DNA from: Podarcis cretensis
Lineage: Eukaryota
Direction of reading: 5' to 3'
Assembly: GCA_951804945.1 (NCBI GenBank)
Contig: OX638154.1
Coordinates: forward strand, 51,646,001-51,710,000
DNA: 64,000 nt
The notes under the pieces are model-generated. The model was not told where the DNA came from. It saw nothing but the letters and a program-made list of their open reading frames with translations, and did not search any database. Below are positions 1 to 13,018 of this stretch, piece after piece. The position numbers were made by a program, and so were the translations under genes. Within the stretch, counting starts at the first letter, position 1, and every line of letters starts with the position of its first letter.

Positions 1-1482
1 CCTGGCTGTTTCTCTGTGACTTGCCTGTCCACAACCCACACCACTTGCCTGGACCACCTGCCACCTGTGTCACTCACCTGCCTGTCTGGGCTGCCTGCCT
101 GCTGTTCCGTCATCACTCTGCAGTTGGTCACACCAACTGCAGTGTGACAACATTATTACAATCTTAATACATAGCAAGAAAAACTGAAGTTCAATAAAAC
201 ACAATGACACACATTTTAAAAATGCCATTGTTGGGAATGGAAGTGGGCAGTGATTGAGATAGTGGCAGTACATTTTGTGAACTGGAGGAAGCAGAATTGA
301 GGGGAGGGGGATTTTCCAAAAGCAGGGCTGTGGACATGTACAGACCTGTGGCTCTCTTGATTACTTCTATGGGACATCATGTCTTTGCAGCAGTTTCAGG
401 TATTTCTTTCTACAACAGCTTTTGCTGCTGGCTGGTGCCTTAGTAGCCGTGGATCTCACTTGTTTTGAAGAGCTTGCTTCTGGGTTTTGCTGCCAGTGAA
501 AACATATGTGTCGCTGCCAAACTCATTTGCTACAGAGCAAGTTGCAGCAAAGAGCTCCTCTGTCCAGACAGTTCAGTAGTATGAGATCACTTGCCTGCCT
601 GGGGTGGGGTGGATGTGAATCCTTGTGAGCCTTCCTTCAGAACCCAAGCATGTTGCTTTGGAAGGCAAAGACATGAGTAAATGAGACGTGCACCATAAAT
701 CTGCTTGCTTTGTAAGATGCACTTTAGGTAAATGCACTCTTTGCAAGAATTTAAGTACCGTAACTCTGCTTGGTGCAAGAAACTTAGAAATTGATTACAC
801 TGATGATCATGCTGCTTCTCTGGCTGGTTTTTGAGGAAGCTTATCTCAGTACGCAGCTATTGCTTATCTTAACAGGGAGGGTTACAGGAGTCTGAGAATT
901 ATGGTTGAAAGGGTTCAGCTGGTGGAAGGGGGGAGGGCAAGTATTGCCCTGAAGCTTTGGTAGGTCATTTTTCCTGATTTGGTTTGAGTCTCTTGGCTTG
1001 TGCTGTCTCATCAGAGGCTCTGGAGCCCAGCCACAGCATTTCATGAAGACATTTCTATGTCCTATTTCCACTAGGATCATTCACTACAGGAGGAACATAC
1101 TATTTTCACATGTGTTTCTCCTTGTTACTGTTAATTCCTTTATTGCTAACAGTAGCAATATGTTGTTTCTAAAGCTGGTGTCCAGAGCTAGCATATGTAC
1201 CTACATAATGTAACATATCAAACTCCCAGGTTAGTGTGTATAGGATTGCAGCCTTAGATAGTCTGCAGTTTGAAGAGGGGGGTTGTTTCTGTAGTTCTCG
1301 GGGGGGGGGGAGAAAGAGAGCTACAATTCTTTGTGTGAGAGAGGTGTTTGTGGAAGAAAGCAGTAGATACACTTGGGGGTCCAGATAGTGCCAAATCTTG
1401 TGTGTGCGCTTGCATGTGTTAATAATCCATAGTTTGTCATCACAGTTCCCTTACTCTTTCCTCCTTCCTGTCCCCCCATCAG

Positions 1483-1509
1483 TTAAGGTTTAAGGACGCT
1501 ATTGACCAC
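1483..1509 (+). CDS. PTPRF: 27-nt micro-exon in FNIII-5 (meC/LASE-c equivalent), LRFKDAIDH
   Basis: Long pyrimidine tract plus CAG acceptor (AG 1481-1482), 9 sense codons in phase 0, consensus GTAAGT donor at 1510. Lies upstream of the ETLIGG exon where LAR-family genes carry a 9-aa insert. Confidence 0.8.
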
Positions 1510-3578
1510 GTAAGTACCATTTGTTAGAGTGTTTGCTTGGATCAGATGGGTCTGAGGATCATTTTGTGAAATCTGTGTGCATAGTGCTGTCAAAACACCC
1601 CTGTCAATCCTCAGATGGTTCTAGGGAGTTGCTCTGTGGAGCTTCCACCAGCCACAAATCCTGAGCAAATTGGCATTTAGATTGCTGCTAAATGCAGAAA
1701 AGCAATTGACATTTTTCATAATCTGTATTTCCAGCTTGTTGCAATGCAATTTCAGGCAGATGCGGGGGGAGCAGTCCACTTTCTACAGTCTTTGGTCCAG
1801 CTCGTTACATGGCAGAGTCAGATCTGTAATCTTTAAACCTCATTGATCCCAGTCGTGAAAAATACCCTGTTCTCTCAGCTGTGACCTTTGGTTGAAACAA
1901 AAGCTGTAATAAGAACACAATCACATTCAAACAGTTAAATTCAATTTTTCCAAGTAATTTTGAGATATAAATTTGGAGGAACAAGCTTGAAAATTACCTT
2001 TGGAGAAAGAGAGATTAAGTTACATACCCTGCTGTGGCTTCCCTCGTCTCTTAGCAGAAGGACTTTGCTTAGAAGGGGTTTGCAGCGACAGCCCTATGTA
2101 TGGTATCTCTCATTCCACCTTCTTTCTTTCCTCTCTCCCCCTAACTTGCTTTGTTCTAGTGGCATGCTCTTCCCTGTGTGAGAATTACTCTCCTGTGTGG
2201 ACTGTGGTGATGACTACATCTTTTCGTAGCCTTTGTGTTGTGTGTTTGAGTATCTCCCTCTATATCAATTCATTGCCATTGATTGATTTTGCTCTCTCAT
2301 ACAACTCCAGAGGGAAAAGGAAATCTTACTTGAACTCTGATTTTGGTGTCATTCTGATTTCTGTTTGCTAATTTGGGTTTGCAAATGAAAGCAATGAAGG
2401 AATAATCTGGGTTAGGTGGCTGAATCCTGTAACTTACCTGGGCTGCCAGTGAGAAAAAGCCTATTCACATTTGTTTGTTTGTTTGTTTTATTCAAGTAAT
2501 TAACACATTACATGACAGCCAAAAACAAAGCACCCTGACAAACCAAGGTTCTAGGAAGAGATTGTGCTCTATCTATCCATCACAATACAGATTTATTCCT
2601 GGTTATATCACATTTTTATTTTTGTGCATTAACAGTCATTCCTTCATGCATAGGGTTAATGGTTGAAATTCTACTAGAAAACTGCTACAGGTTATCTTTG
2701 AGCAGGTCTTTCTCTGTGGAGTCCTTCACAAGGGTCCATATTTGCTAATAGAATGTAGAAGGTTTGAGAGAGCTGGAGTAAGCTTATGGTTACAAAGCCA
2801 ACCCCGTCAAATGATCCAGTGAGATAGTTCAAGGTCCTACTGCTACTTGCCCCTGCTGGTGTCTCTAGCCTGCACAGCTGGGGACAATACCATTGAGAAG
2901 GTAACAGATCCTGTGGCCTATAGATCCTGTGGCCTTTGTTTTGTGTAGAATTTTATGCTTGCTCTCTCGCCTTACATTTTTCCTGATGTATGTAGCATGG
3001 GTAGTTTATTTTTAAGAAGCAAGACTCTTGAATACCGTGGTTGGTGAGCATGTTATGGCAAGTGGCAGATCCACTAGCTATATTGCTGCTCATCCCAGGG
3101 CCTTCTGCTGGAAGAGACAAGTGAGTGGTCTGCTTCTGTTCTGTTATATGTACTGAAGTTAACACTTTAACTGTGATGGAAGGGCTGCTACTTTCTTGTT
3201 ACAATAGGTTTACAACCAGTCCTTTTCATCTTTTGCCCATGTATCTGTGGGGTAAATGGCAGCACTATGAACAGAGAAGACTGCTTCATGCCCTTATTAC
3301 ATGACTGCGTAGCAGTTTGCCCTGCCAGGTATAGCAAAAGAATGTGCTTGTTTGTGGCCTGTTGATATGAGGAAGCACTTTGTCTCCGATAAGCATCTCA
3401 TGACAATTAAAATTCAATATATGATGCTGCTGGAAGGTGCTGTTCATAAGTGAAAATAAGACACAGAACCTTGCCAGGCTCAGAGACTAAAAGACAAGAC
3501 AACAAGGGAAGGCAAGTGGAGGGAAGTTTTAAATGTTTGATTTTTATATATGCTGTAGGCCGTTTAGAGATGGATGGG

Positions 3579-3579
<1 letters not shown>

Positions 3580-3617
<38 letters not shown>
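3580..3617. repeat. (TAT)n microsatellite
   Basis: About 12 perfect units; produces the spurious poly-Leu ORF 3450..3740. Confidence 0.95.
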
Positions 3618-4383
3618 GTCTGTCAGTACCAGAACAAAAAGAGATTAATTGTTAACAGACATTTACTTCCAGTTAGCACCAGCTTGATCTTCCCTTTCTG
3701 GCAGTCTTGCCGGGATGGAAATGGTGAAACTACTCAGTAGCCCTTGGTTGTCCTTTTACCAGTAACAAGTTCACTTGTGGTAGAAGTTGTGGGAAAGTTG
3801 TTCTTCCCTTCCCACTTCAGTTTGCTGTATTTTGTTGGGTCCCTGTTTCTTGCAGTGAACTTCCTTGGCTATCCAGAATTATATGCTGGGCAATATGCTG
3901 GGCTGCAACTAACGACTGCTGCAATTGCATTGGCAGTTGCAAGTATTGAGTTTGACAAGCTGCTCCAGACAAACCAACCCTTTCATCCCATGTTGGACAT
4001 AGGAAAAAATGTGTGGATTTGTTCATGTGATTTAATGAAAATGGGTGCTTTCTGGCAAAGGGAGGTGCACAGGAAACACAACAAAAGTAGCCCATGACAA
4101 AACATACCCTGGCTTACTTCACAGAGGCCAGAAAACACTGGATTGCATCAACTAACCTAGGAACATGTTTTCTCAATGCAACTTTCACTTGTCACCAGTG
4201 ATGCGAGAGATGGAGGACCTGTATCCAAAGTAATCTCATTAAAAAGTTAATAAAACTTCAGGGTCAGTTTTCCTTCTTGTGTGTTTTGAAGCTAAATGGG
4301 TCAAATATCCAAAGTACAGAAATGCTCTTATATTCCTGCCTTCCTTAATTTGATAACGAGCTAAAAATGTCTGTTTCCCACAG

Positions 4384-4501
4384 GAAACCCTCATAGGAGG
4401 CCTTTTACCCGAAACAACCTATTCTATCAGCATCGCAGCCTACACCACCAAAGGGGATGGGGCCCGCAGCAGGGACAAGGTGGTTACTACAAGTGGAGCA
4501 G
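4384..4501 (+). CDS. PTPRF: PTPRF exon, C-terminal half of FNIII-5 ([39 protein letters not shown])
   Basis: tttcccacag acceptor, gtgagc donor, 118 nt; [11 protein letters not shown] motif. Missed by the ORF track. Confidence 0.95.
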
Positions 4502-6430
4502 GTGAGCCAATAGTACTACAACACATCTTTGATGGGCAAATCTACTCTAATATTTTGAGCTCCAAAATCAAAGATGGCAGAAATTTTAATCTTAAGAAGT
4601 GTTAGGAAGGTGAAAAAAGCACCTGTACCCTCGAACCCCTTGTTTTGCAGACTGAACTGCAGGTGATGGAGAAGCAAGTAGAAAAATGGAAACTTCCTCT
4701 CTTTAAGAACTGCTTCACACATTACAATTTTACTACAATGGAGATAATTTGCAGGCATTCTGGCATGCTGTGTCTAACAGCAGTCAGTCAGATGTCTCTG
4801 GGAAGCCATAAGCAGAGCAGGAGAACAATGACCATCTCCTGTTCATCCCAAGTATCTGACGTTTGGAACTGTTCCGCATCTGCCCATAGTTACCATGGCT
4901 AATAGTTGCTGGGAAATGCCTCTGCCTTGAATTGGCAAAATAACATGACATTCACGTGGCAGCTTCACCACAGCTTAGTCAAATCAACTCTCCCCAAATC
5001 CAGAATACCACTATGCTATTGTGAATTTGCTCTGAGTGCCACAGTCTGGCACAGGATAATGGTTATCTTGGCACTGTGCTGATATTGAATAGTTTTGTTG
5101 TTGATGGATTTACACGTCAATCTCCCCTGATTTGGGGGAAGGATGTGTCTCTGTTGTGGGTGGAACAGAGATATGAAACCATCCATTTTATACAGCAGGT
5201 GTTAAGCTTTGAAGGGAGCAGCCCTTAATTTGTGCTACATATATGAGATTTGGAATCCTGTTGCTGCTCAGCCATCACATCAACATTCCTAGCAGGAACC
5301 AGTTCATCAGCTCAAACACAGCACATTTTGATTGCAAACAGCATGCTATGCTCTCAACAGCTCGCACAGGTGGTGAAATTATAAAGATTGCTATGAAAAT
5401 TGCCTGCATCAAACTAGCGGAGATTCCAGTTTTGAGTCTGGGCTTCTCTGCAACATCTTATATTAAAGCCCTGATTTCTTATCTTATGGCATTACCTTTC
5501 ACTTTCTTTATCATACTGTCCCAAATCTACTTTCTCTAGGCTTGCTTCTGCAAATGGCAAGATTCAAGGAGTGGTTGCGGAAGTATGATGAGATTTAAGA
5601 GTCAGATACAAGGAAGTTTTGAAGACAGTATCCATCACAGTGTTATTTTTCATTGCAATTTTGGAAATAGTTACATTTGGAATAATTTACACTATAGAAG
5701 TTAGGGATTAGCTGTTTAAATAATTTGCCCCAGGGTTTGGTTCAGTGTTTGCAAACTACAGGCACAAAGGTTTTCACAAAATATAGCAGCTGACAAAATT
5801 CCTTCAGAAGCTTGCACAAAGTGTGGCATTTGTGATAATCTTATTCATCCCGATTCCTTTAAGATCCTATAGCTTCCACTATAGGGTTCTCAACTCCCCT
5901 CCCCCAAAGAAATCAGATCTTATGATCAAGTCAGGCACATTTTACAGACAAACATATAGATTAAGGATATTTGTGAAATGTAGCCATATAGAAATTAGTT
6001 TTTTTCCATTATAAAATTTGGATTTTGTTTTGTTGCTGTTGTTTAATTGTGGAATTTGGAGGGAAGAGTAAACACTGATATGTTCAGAAATACAGTGCAG
6101 TTGTTTCTGGACTGAACCACTTCAAATTGCAGGTGGTTTGCCTTTTTGGACATTGCCCCTGTAAACTCCCTGCCTGTGGAAAGCATGCAAAAGAAAAGTC
6201 TTCTCTCAGATATGCTGCTTTTTTGTGTGCAGCTAATTTTAATGTGGGGAAGCATTCAAACATATTGATCTTTCATCTGTAATCTGACGCCAAATTGATA
6301 GGGAGTGCCGTGCTAGCTAATATTCTTTAGCAGGTTGATAAATTTCCTGAGTGAGCAACTCCGGCAGTGAAAAGGCCAGAACTCTGTCTCCCTCCCACTC
6401 ATGGCATATCACCCTGTTTTTGTCCCACAG

Positions 6431-7009
6431 TCCCAGGCAAGCCTACCATGATGATCAGCACCACAGCCATGAATACAGCTCTGATCAATTGGCACCCACC
6501 TAAAGAGATGGTTGGGGAGCTGCTGGGCTACCAGCTGCAGTTCAAACATGCTGAGGAGGAGAAGATGAGGATTATGAACTTTGAGAAGAACGTGGATCAC
6601 TTCACCGTGACTGACCTTTACAAGGGTGCCACCTACATCTTCAAGCTGGCTGCCAAGAATAGGGTTGGTCTTGGGGAGGAGTTTGAAAAAGAAATCACTA
6701 CCGCAGAGGAGGCGCCAAGCGGTTTCCCCCAGAACCTGCACGTGGTGGGGCTGACCACCTCCACCACTAAAGTGACTTGGGAGCCTCCGCTTCTGGCGGA
6801 GAGGAATGGGAAAATGACCAACTACACAGTTGTGTACAGAGACATTAACAGCCAGCAGAACCTGACCAATGTTACGAGGGAAACGAGCATCACTCTGACC
6901 AACCTCAAACCTGACACAACCTATGACATCAAAGTTAGAGCCCACACTAACAAGGGAGCTGGCCCTCTCAGCCCCAGCATTCAGTCTAGGACAATGCCAA
7001 TGGAACAGG
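6431..7009 (+). CDS. PTPRF: PTPRF exon, FNIII-6 and FNIII-7
   Basis: cccacag/gtaagc boundaries, 579 nt, phase 1-1; core of ORF 6367..7101 (VPGKPTMM...SRTMPMEQ). Confidence 0.96.
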
Positions 7010-7630
7010 GTAAGCGCCTCCCCTGTGATCAGTTAATGAACCTCTATGGCAGAAAACAGGTCAGAGATGACCTGGTCAGTCTTACCTTCCTGAGCTTATA
7101 ATTTTTTGGATGGGGGGGGCATAGAGGTTGCATGACTGCATTTGTTTTTTCAAACACATACCCCATTTTCTGTTTCCAGATAAGAATTGTTGCTTTGGTG
7201 CAAACTGAACAGGCAGCTTCTGTGAAGAAACAGTGCCTCATAACTGCTACCTTTTGAAGATTGCTGTGTACACACTATACCTTTAAAGTACAATCAGAAC
7301 ACATTATTTTCCTCAAAGAATTCAGGGCACTGTAGTTTACCTCTTGCAGTGTTAAAAATCCTAGCAACCCATAACAAACTACAGGGCCCAGAGAGAGAAT
7401 ATACTTTGAACGTGCTTTAAATATATAGTTTGTACACAGTCTGTGACAAAGAGGGGAAGGTGGCAACACAGTTTGGTCAAAAAGCTTAAGTGTCCTAAGG
7501 TGCGAGAAGGCTTATTGAATCTACAGGAAAACACCAAATTTTGCTGCTACTGAGAAGAGTGGAAGGGAAAGGGTTAGTTGTCCAGTGTTGCCTCACGGGG
7601 GCCACTCAAAAGGATTCTTTCTAATTGCAG

Positions 7631-7728
7631 TATTCGCAAAGAACTTTCGTGTCAGTGCTGTGATGAAAACATCAGTGCTACTTAGCTGGGAGGTTCCAGA
7701 CTCTTACAAATCCGCAGTTCCTTTCAAG
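7631..7728 (+). CDS. PTPRF: PTPRF exon, start of FNIII-8 (VFAKNFRV...AVPFK)
   Basis: ttgcag/gtaagg boundaries, 98 nt. Confidence 0.95.
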
Positions 7729-9846
7729 GTAAGGGAATATGTCTGTCACGTATGGGGACCCGATTAATGTGCAGTAAGGAAGAAATTAGAAAGTCTGTCT
7801 CAGGGACCTTCAGATCAAGAGTCTTGCTTTCATCAACCCAGTTATGTAAGCTGAGCAACCAAATCCGGAGAAACACCAGGGGGCTTGAGTCAGGATGTAA
7901 GAAGTGTGGACACCCCCTTGTCCTGGGTACCCTCGAGTCCTGACACTTGTTTCCTTTAGTCTAGATCACCAAGCATGGTAAATCAGCAGGTAAGTCTTTA
8001 GAAATTAGTTAAAAACTGGTACATTTCCAGACAAAACCTCTTGATTCCCTTGCCAGTTTTGGAGACTCATATATGCCCTTTAAATATTACTCTAGCTGTA
8101 TGGGAATTGGTTTCCCATGAGTCCTGCACGGTGGAGTGAGGAATTCATTCTGAGCACTGGCACAATCTTCTGCTCAGAACAGACTACAATTAGGAGCCCA
8201 AACCCCCTGCATTCCAGGCAAAATGGTTTGATCCTACTGCTGATCATGGAGCATTTTTGTTCAGAACACAGGCAGAATTACACTTAGGGCAGGATAGAGA
8301 TACCTCTAGAACCCAACAGGGCACCATAGTGTGCTGCTCTGCCTATGGTCGCTAGCAACATGACAGAGATAAGTAAGCACTCGTGACAGCAGGAGAATTC
8401 TATGCGGGGAATTTGTTCACAAAAGGCTAGTTCTTTGGACTCGTTCCTAATGCTGTATGGTCAGAGCTGCCTTGGAACCATCATCAAAACGGTTGCATAG
8501 TGTGGGCTTCAAAACGTAGTTGCCAGATTTTGCTGACGTAAGCAGAGAGTTGACAGCAGTTGCTGCCGTGGGTTTGCCATGATGAGGCACAGGAGCAGAT
8601 GGTGTTAGCGGCTCACTAGCTGAGGAGCAGCCATGCAAACGCAACGGGTGTAAATGAGCTTTCTTCTTCCTGTAGACAGTATTAGATGTCCAGGCCTGCA
8701 CAAGTGCCAACAGAGTAACTGGCCCAGGAGCAGCTGGCCCAGGAGCAGCAGCAACTTTGCAAACAGGACACTCCCCCACCCACCTGTGCTGAGCTGCTTA
8801 ATTCAAGTGTACAGGATGCCAGGCCAAAGCCTAATAATCTAACGAGCACCGCTGATAAGTCTCCATGGGAACAATTAGCATTATCTACACTTGATAAACA
8901 GTCTCGCACTAAATCTACATCCCAAAGGGTGTCCTCTTTCTCTTTAACAGATTTAATTAAGGCAGATATTGTTATGATTTGTGAACACTGAGGCGCAGGC
9001 TAAATATCATGGTATTTTTTATTGGGAATGAACTGAGACCTCTGAAATTCCTTCACTGAAGAATCAACAACAGGGCTTTCAATTCTCCTCAGAGAAGAGT
9101 CGTTGCTTCATCTGGTCCAGGAGATAAAACTCCCTGCAAATAGATGATTGGTCCTGTGAAGTGAGTGAGAAGTGATGTTATGGTGAGATTCCTGCTGCAA
9201 TCAGAACCTGACACTGTCCCTGATCTAAGAGAGCTGCTTCCCTGCCTGTGTTTGATGCTAGAAATGGATTTTAAATGAATGCTGTGTTGGGGAATGAGAA
9301 CTGATCATGAGACATTTTCATGAGAGCATAGGCAGAATGTTTTCAGACTAGTAGCCCTGGCTTCCACCTCCTAATATTGTACCTTGACAGATTTTTAGTA
9401 ACAGATTCATCTTGCAGACTACTTTAGCTTCTCTGACACAGTAACTTTCACCATTGTTGCCTAATCCAGAAGGCCCAGCAAGTGAGGAAGAGCCAAGCAG
9501 CCATCTCTACCCTAGATAACCATACCACCACCGCACTCCTTACTCCCGAATGGACGACAGAAAAAGTTGCAATAGTTATGGGAGCTAGGGACTGTATCTT
9601 TCTTCCTACCCACATGTGCAGACCAACCGAGCTGGGAGAAGGCAGCACCAACTCTTATTTCTCCATGGGGGTTCATGATCTCTCAGATTTGGTATAGTCA
9701 CGCTTATCAAGAGGTCAGCTTGATAACACAGTGTGAACATTGCCAAAAAAAAAGACCCACGCCAGGAAGAGGAGTTGTGGAAAGAACTTCATCCAACCCT
9801 TTTTCTATCAGTTTGGGCTGAATCAACTGTTTCCCTCTGCTTACAG

Positions 9847-10100
9847 ATTCTGTACAATGGCCAGACTGTGGAGGTGGATGGCCACTCCATGAGGAAGCTG
9901 ATTAATAACCTGCAGCCAGACACAAATTATTCCTTTGCACTCACAAACCGGGGAAGTAGCGCAGGAGCCTTGCAGCACCGAGTCTTCATCCGGACAGCAC
10001 CTGATGTCATCCAGAGCAAGCCCATTTCCACATACAAATATATCCATAATGGGCAGTTCACTCTGACTCTCCCCAAAGTGCAGACCTCTGTGCCAGTCAG
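9847..10100 (+). CDS. PTPRF: PTPRF exon (ILYNGQTVEVDGHSMRKL...TSVPVR)
   Basis: ttacag/gtatgt boundaries, 254 nt. Confidence 0.95.
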
Positions 10101-10342
10101 GTATGTTTCTACTTTTTTATTATTTATGATGCTACCATAGGAGAACATGGTGTTGTATAGTTGGGGAAGGGTCTCCTGAGTCCCTGCAGAGTCTTGGTGC
10201 TTTTGCACAGGTAATAAGGGTGGTAATATAGGGAACTGTATTGGATTTCATAAATCATGATAATGGTGTAAATCCACCTACAACATGTTAAAAATGCTTC
10301 CCAATAGCAAGAGGTTACTAAAAATATGAGAGCACTCTGTGC

Positions 10343-10458
10343 AGCAGCCTTACCTGATCTGATGTTTTGAACTACAACTCCCAGCTGGCATGGTCGATGG
10401 ACAAGGGTATCAGAGCTGTAGCCCAAAACATCTGGAAGGCACTGGGTTGGGCAAGGGC
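10343..10458. mobile_element. Short palindromic non-autonomous DNA-element (MITE) remnant of a dispersed family
   Basis: Inverted arms 10361-10380 and 10413-10432 (17/20 complementary). Related 'gatgttttgggactacaa.tccc' segments occur at ~22725-22790, 35694-35770, 56078-56180 and 57880-58160. Confidence 0.55.
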
Positions 10459-10904
10459 GATGTGCTGGATGTGATCAGGGTTCTGGATCTGGGCTACCAT
10501 TTTTATGTATTATAACCTGTTCCTCTCAGTCACCTATCATTATATGAAAAATAGGGAGCCATAATCCCCATCATTCATCTGAAAGGGCCCAGGGTGTACT
10601 TTCCACACTGCTGCACAGTTACTTTAAATAATGTATGTAAATCCTAATAGGAGGCTTGTGGAAGTCTCATTTGTGTTTTTGATCTCCCACCACTGAAAAA
10701 GGAACCAGATTATAGAGCTGTGCTTTCCCAGCTTCCAACACTATCACTTAGAAGCTGGCCTAGTGACTTTTATTAACTTAATACATGCCAGCAGGCTACA
10801 GCCTGTGTCTCTGGGAAGTTCAAAGGAGGGAGTTGCAGGGCTTTCATGGAGAGCATCATTCTGTTTGAAGTAGAGCTCACCCATTCCCCTCTCTTGTTCC
10901 CTAG

Positions 10905-10995
10905 GTGGTACTACATTGTGGTTGTGCCGATAGACCACACAAGCAACCTAGTTGGCTCCAGATTGAAGAGCCCAGATGATATGGGACTAGACCAG
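10905..10995 (+). CDS. PTPRF: PTPRF exon (WYYIVVVPIDH...MGLDQ)
   Basis: ccctag/gtagga boundaries, 91 nt. Confidence 0.93.
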
Positions 10996-12805
10996 GTAGG
11001 AGAAGGCCAAAACTTGTTTCCACTTATTTTGAAGGGGGTAAGGGAAACAGATGTTCAAGAAACTAGCCCACACATATGAAATAATTTGGGAGAGTATATG
11101 AGCAACGTTAACCATCCTGTCATACTGGAGATAATGGCAGAAGACCTGGGGTTTCGGAAACTTTGCCTATGTGGGATAATTCCCACCTTTGATAGCTTAA
11201 TTTGGAGGTGCCATCTTCTGCCATCCTGAAGTCATCAAGTTCCTCAAATACCCATGATATCCATATTCATCTTTAGCCAGCTCTCAAAATTGCCTGTCAA
11301 GCTTACTGGTCCAATGAAAGAGGTCACTGAAGTGTGATTGCCCATGGACTTATTGCATGTATGGATCACACCACGCCTCCTTCTGCCCCCAGGTTCTGTT
11401 GTATAATTTATATGCAAAACAAGATGTAGGAAGCAGAGGTCCCCATTGGGATGGGTAAGGCAGAAGGCAGGGAGCCCAAACTGTACTTGGAGTCGGAGCC
11501 AGTGACAGGCAGAGTCACTTAATTCTCCCTCCTGAGTTTTGCAAGGGAAACACTGAGACTTAAGAAAAGGAAAACTGGCAGTCAGTGCCACCTCCTACAC
11601 TGGATGTAAATAAGAAGCCACAAAAGTGGGGGCTTACCAAGGGGAGCAGTGCCCCAATTTGCCCCAATAGATCAGTTTCCACTGATAAAAACTGAAGCTT
11701 GGATAAGACTCTGTGCGCGCGCACACATCTGTGTGTTGCACACATTAGTTGGGATGCAGAGAAGCAGTGGTTGGAGGGCAGGGATGCCACTTCGTTAGGG
11801 TCACAAGCCAGCACCCTCCTTCCCTGAAATAATGGCCATGGTTCTGTGTGGTCTCTGTTTTCTTCCTGGCACCACCATTGCTCTAATGCTTCATCTCTGC
11901 CGTAACACATTTTTGTGTGAAATGTATTTCATGCCTCCTCCTTCATTTTAAATTAGAATTTCTGTTCAGAGCCTTGCATTCATTTTTATTCATTAGAAAA
12001 ACATCTTTAAACATCTGAGAGCTTTTCTGAGCAATGTAATTGAATTTTGGTGTGTTTATATCCTTTTTTCTTGAGTTTGTGGACGACTATGAAATTTGCC
12101 ATTTTTTCCTCTCTCTGAACATTCCATGTTAGCACTGTGTGTGATTTATACAAAGTCTTGCTGCAGCCCAGCAGGATGTGGTGGGGGTGGTGAGCTCTGC
12201 GTACAGATTTTGTCCATTTTAGTTTAAGCCACAAAGTGTGTTTGCAGAGTGGCAGAAATCTGTGTCAAAGCCTGCTGAATTTTTGCCTATCTCCAAAAGT
12301 TCAAATTGCTGGGCATCTAAAGATGCATATGTGGACTGTGTGGCCTGTTCTCTGCTGCTCCTGCTGCTCTACCATCAAAGAGAAACATGTATTTTAAAAT
12401 GATTTCCCTTGAAATGTTGAGGGGTATAAACTTTATAAAAATGGTACACTATTTTTCACAAAACTGTGCCCAGTGTATGATGAATACAAACAAAACATGC
12501 ATAAGAATGTGAGCAGAGCCCTGCTGGGTCATACAAGGGGTCCATCGTGTCCTGCTTCCTGTTTTCACAGTCGTCCACCATAAACCCAGGACAACACTTG
12601 GTTCCCGTTTTACCCCCAGCAACTTAATTAACTGTACATTCATTGAGTTCTAGAGAAAGCCTTCGGGAATGCACTAGAGTAATGAATACCTGGACCTCCC
12701 TGGTGTTTTTTGTCACCTGGCTTACAGGTTTTCCTCATGGAAATGTAGAGTCACCTTGGTAAATAGCATTGCTCTCTCTCACGTTAGCTTCCTTTTGCCA
12801 CCCAG

Positions 12806-13018
12806 CTACTTGAGGCCATGAACCAAGGCGACCCAAGCAGGCGCCAGCGACGTCAGGCAGAGCGGCTCAAGCCTTACATTGCTGCCCAAATGGATGATCT
12901 GCCAGAGACCTTTGTCTTGGGGGACCAGAAGAGCTATCAAGGCTTCTACAATAAGCCCCTTTCAGAAGACTTGAGCTACCGTTGTTTTGTGCTGGCTTCA
13001 CTGGAGGATGGGGATACG
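12806..13018 (+). CDS. PTPRF: PTPRF exon with polybasic cleavage site (LLEAMNQGDPSRRQRRQAERLKPY...LEDGDT)
   Basis: acccag/gtaagg boundaries, 213 nt, phase 0-0. Confidence 0.95.

Noticed and set aside
2906-2935. 14-bp direct repeat AGATCCTGTGGCCT
   Set aside because: Simple local tandem duplication with no inserted element.
6409-6945. 178-aa minus-strand ORF
   Set aside because: Antisense shadow of the 579-nt PTPRF exon.
7180-7197. 18-nt segment after a good acceptor (tttccag), in frame
   Set aside because: The only following donor (GTGCAA) is very weak; insufficient support.
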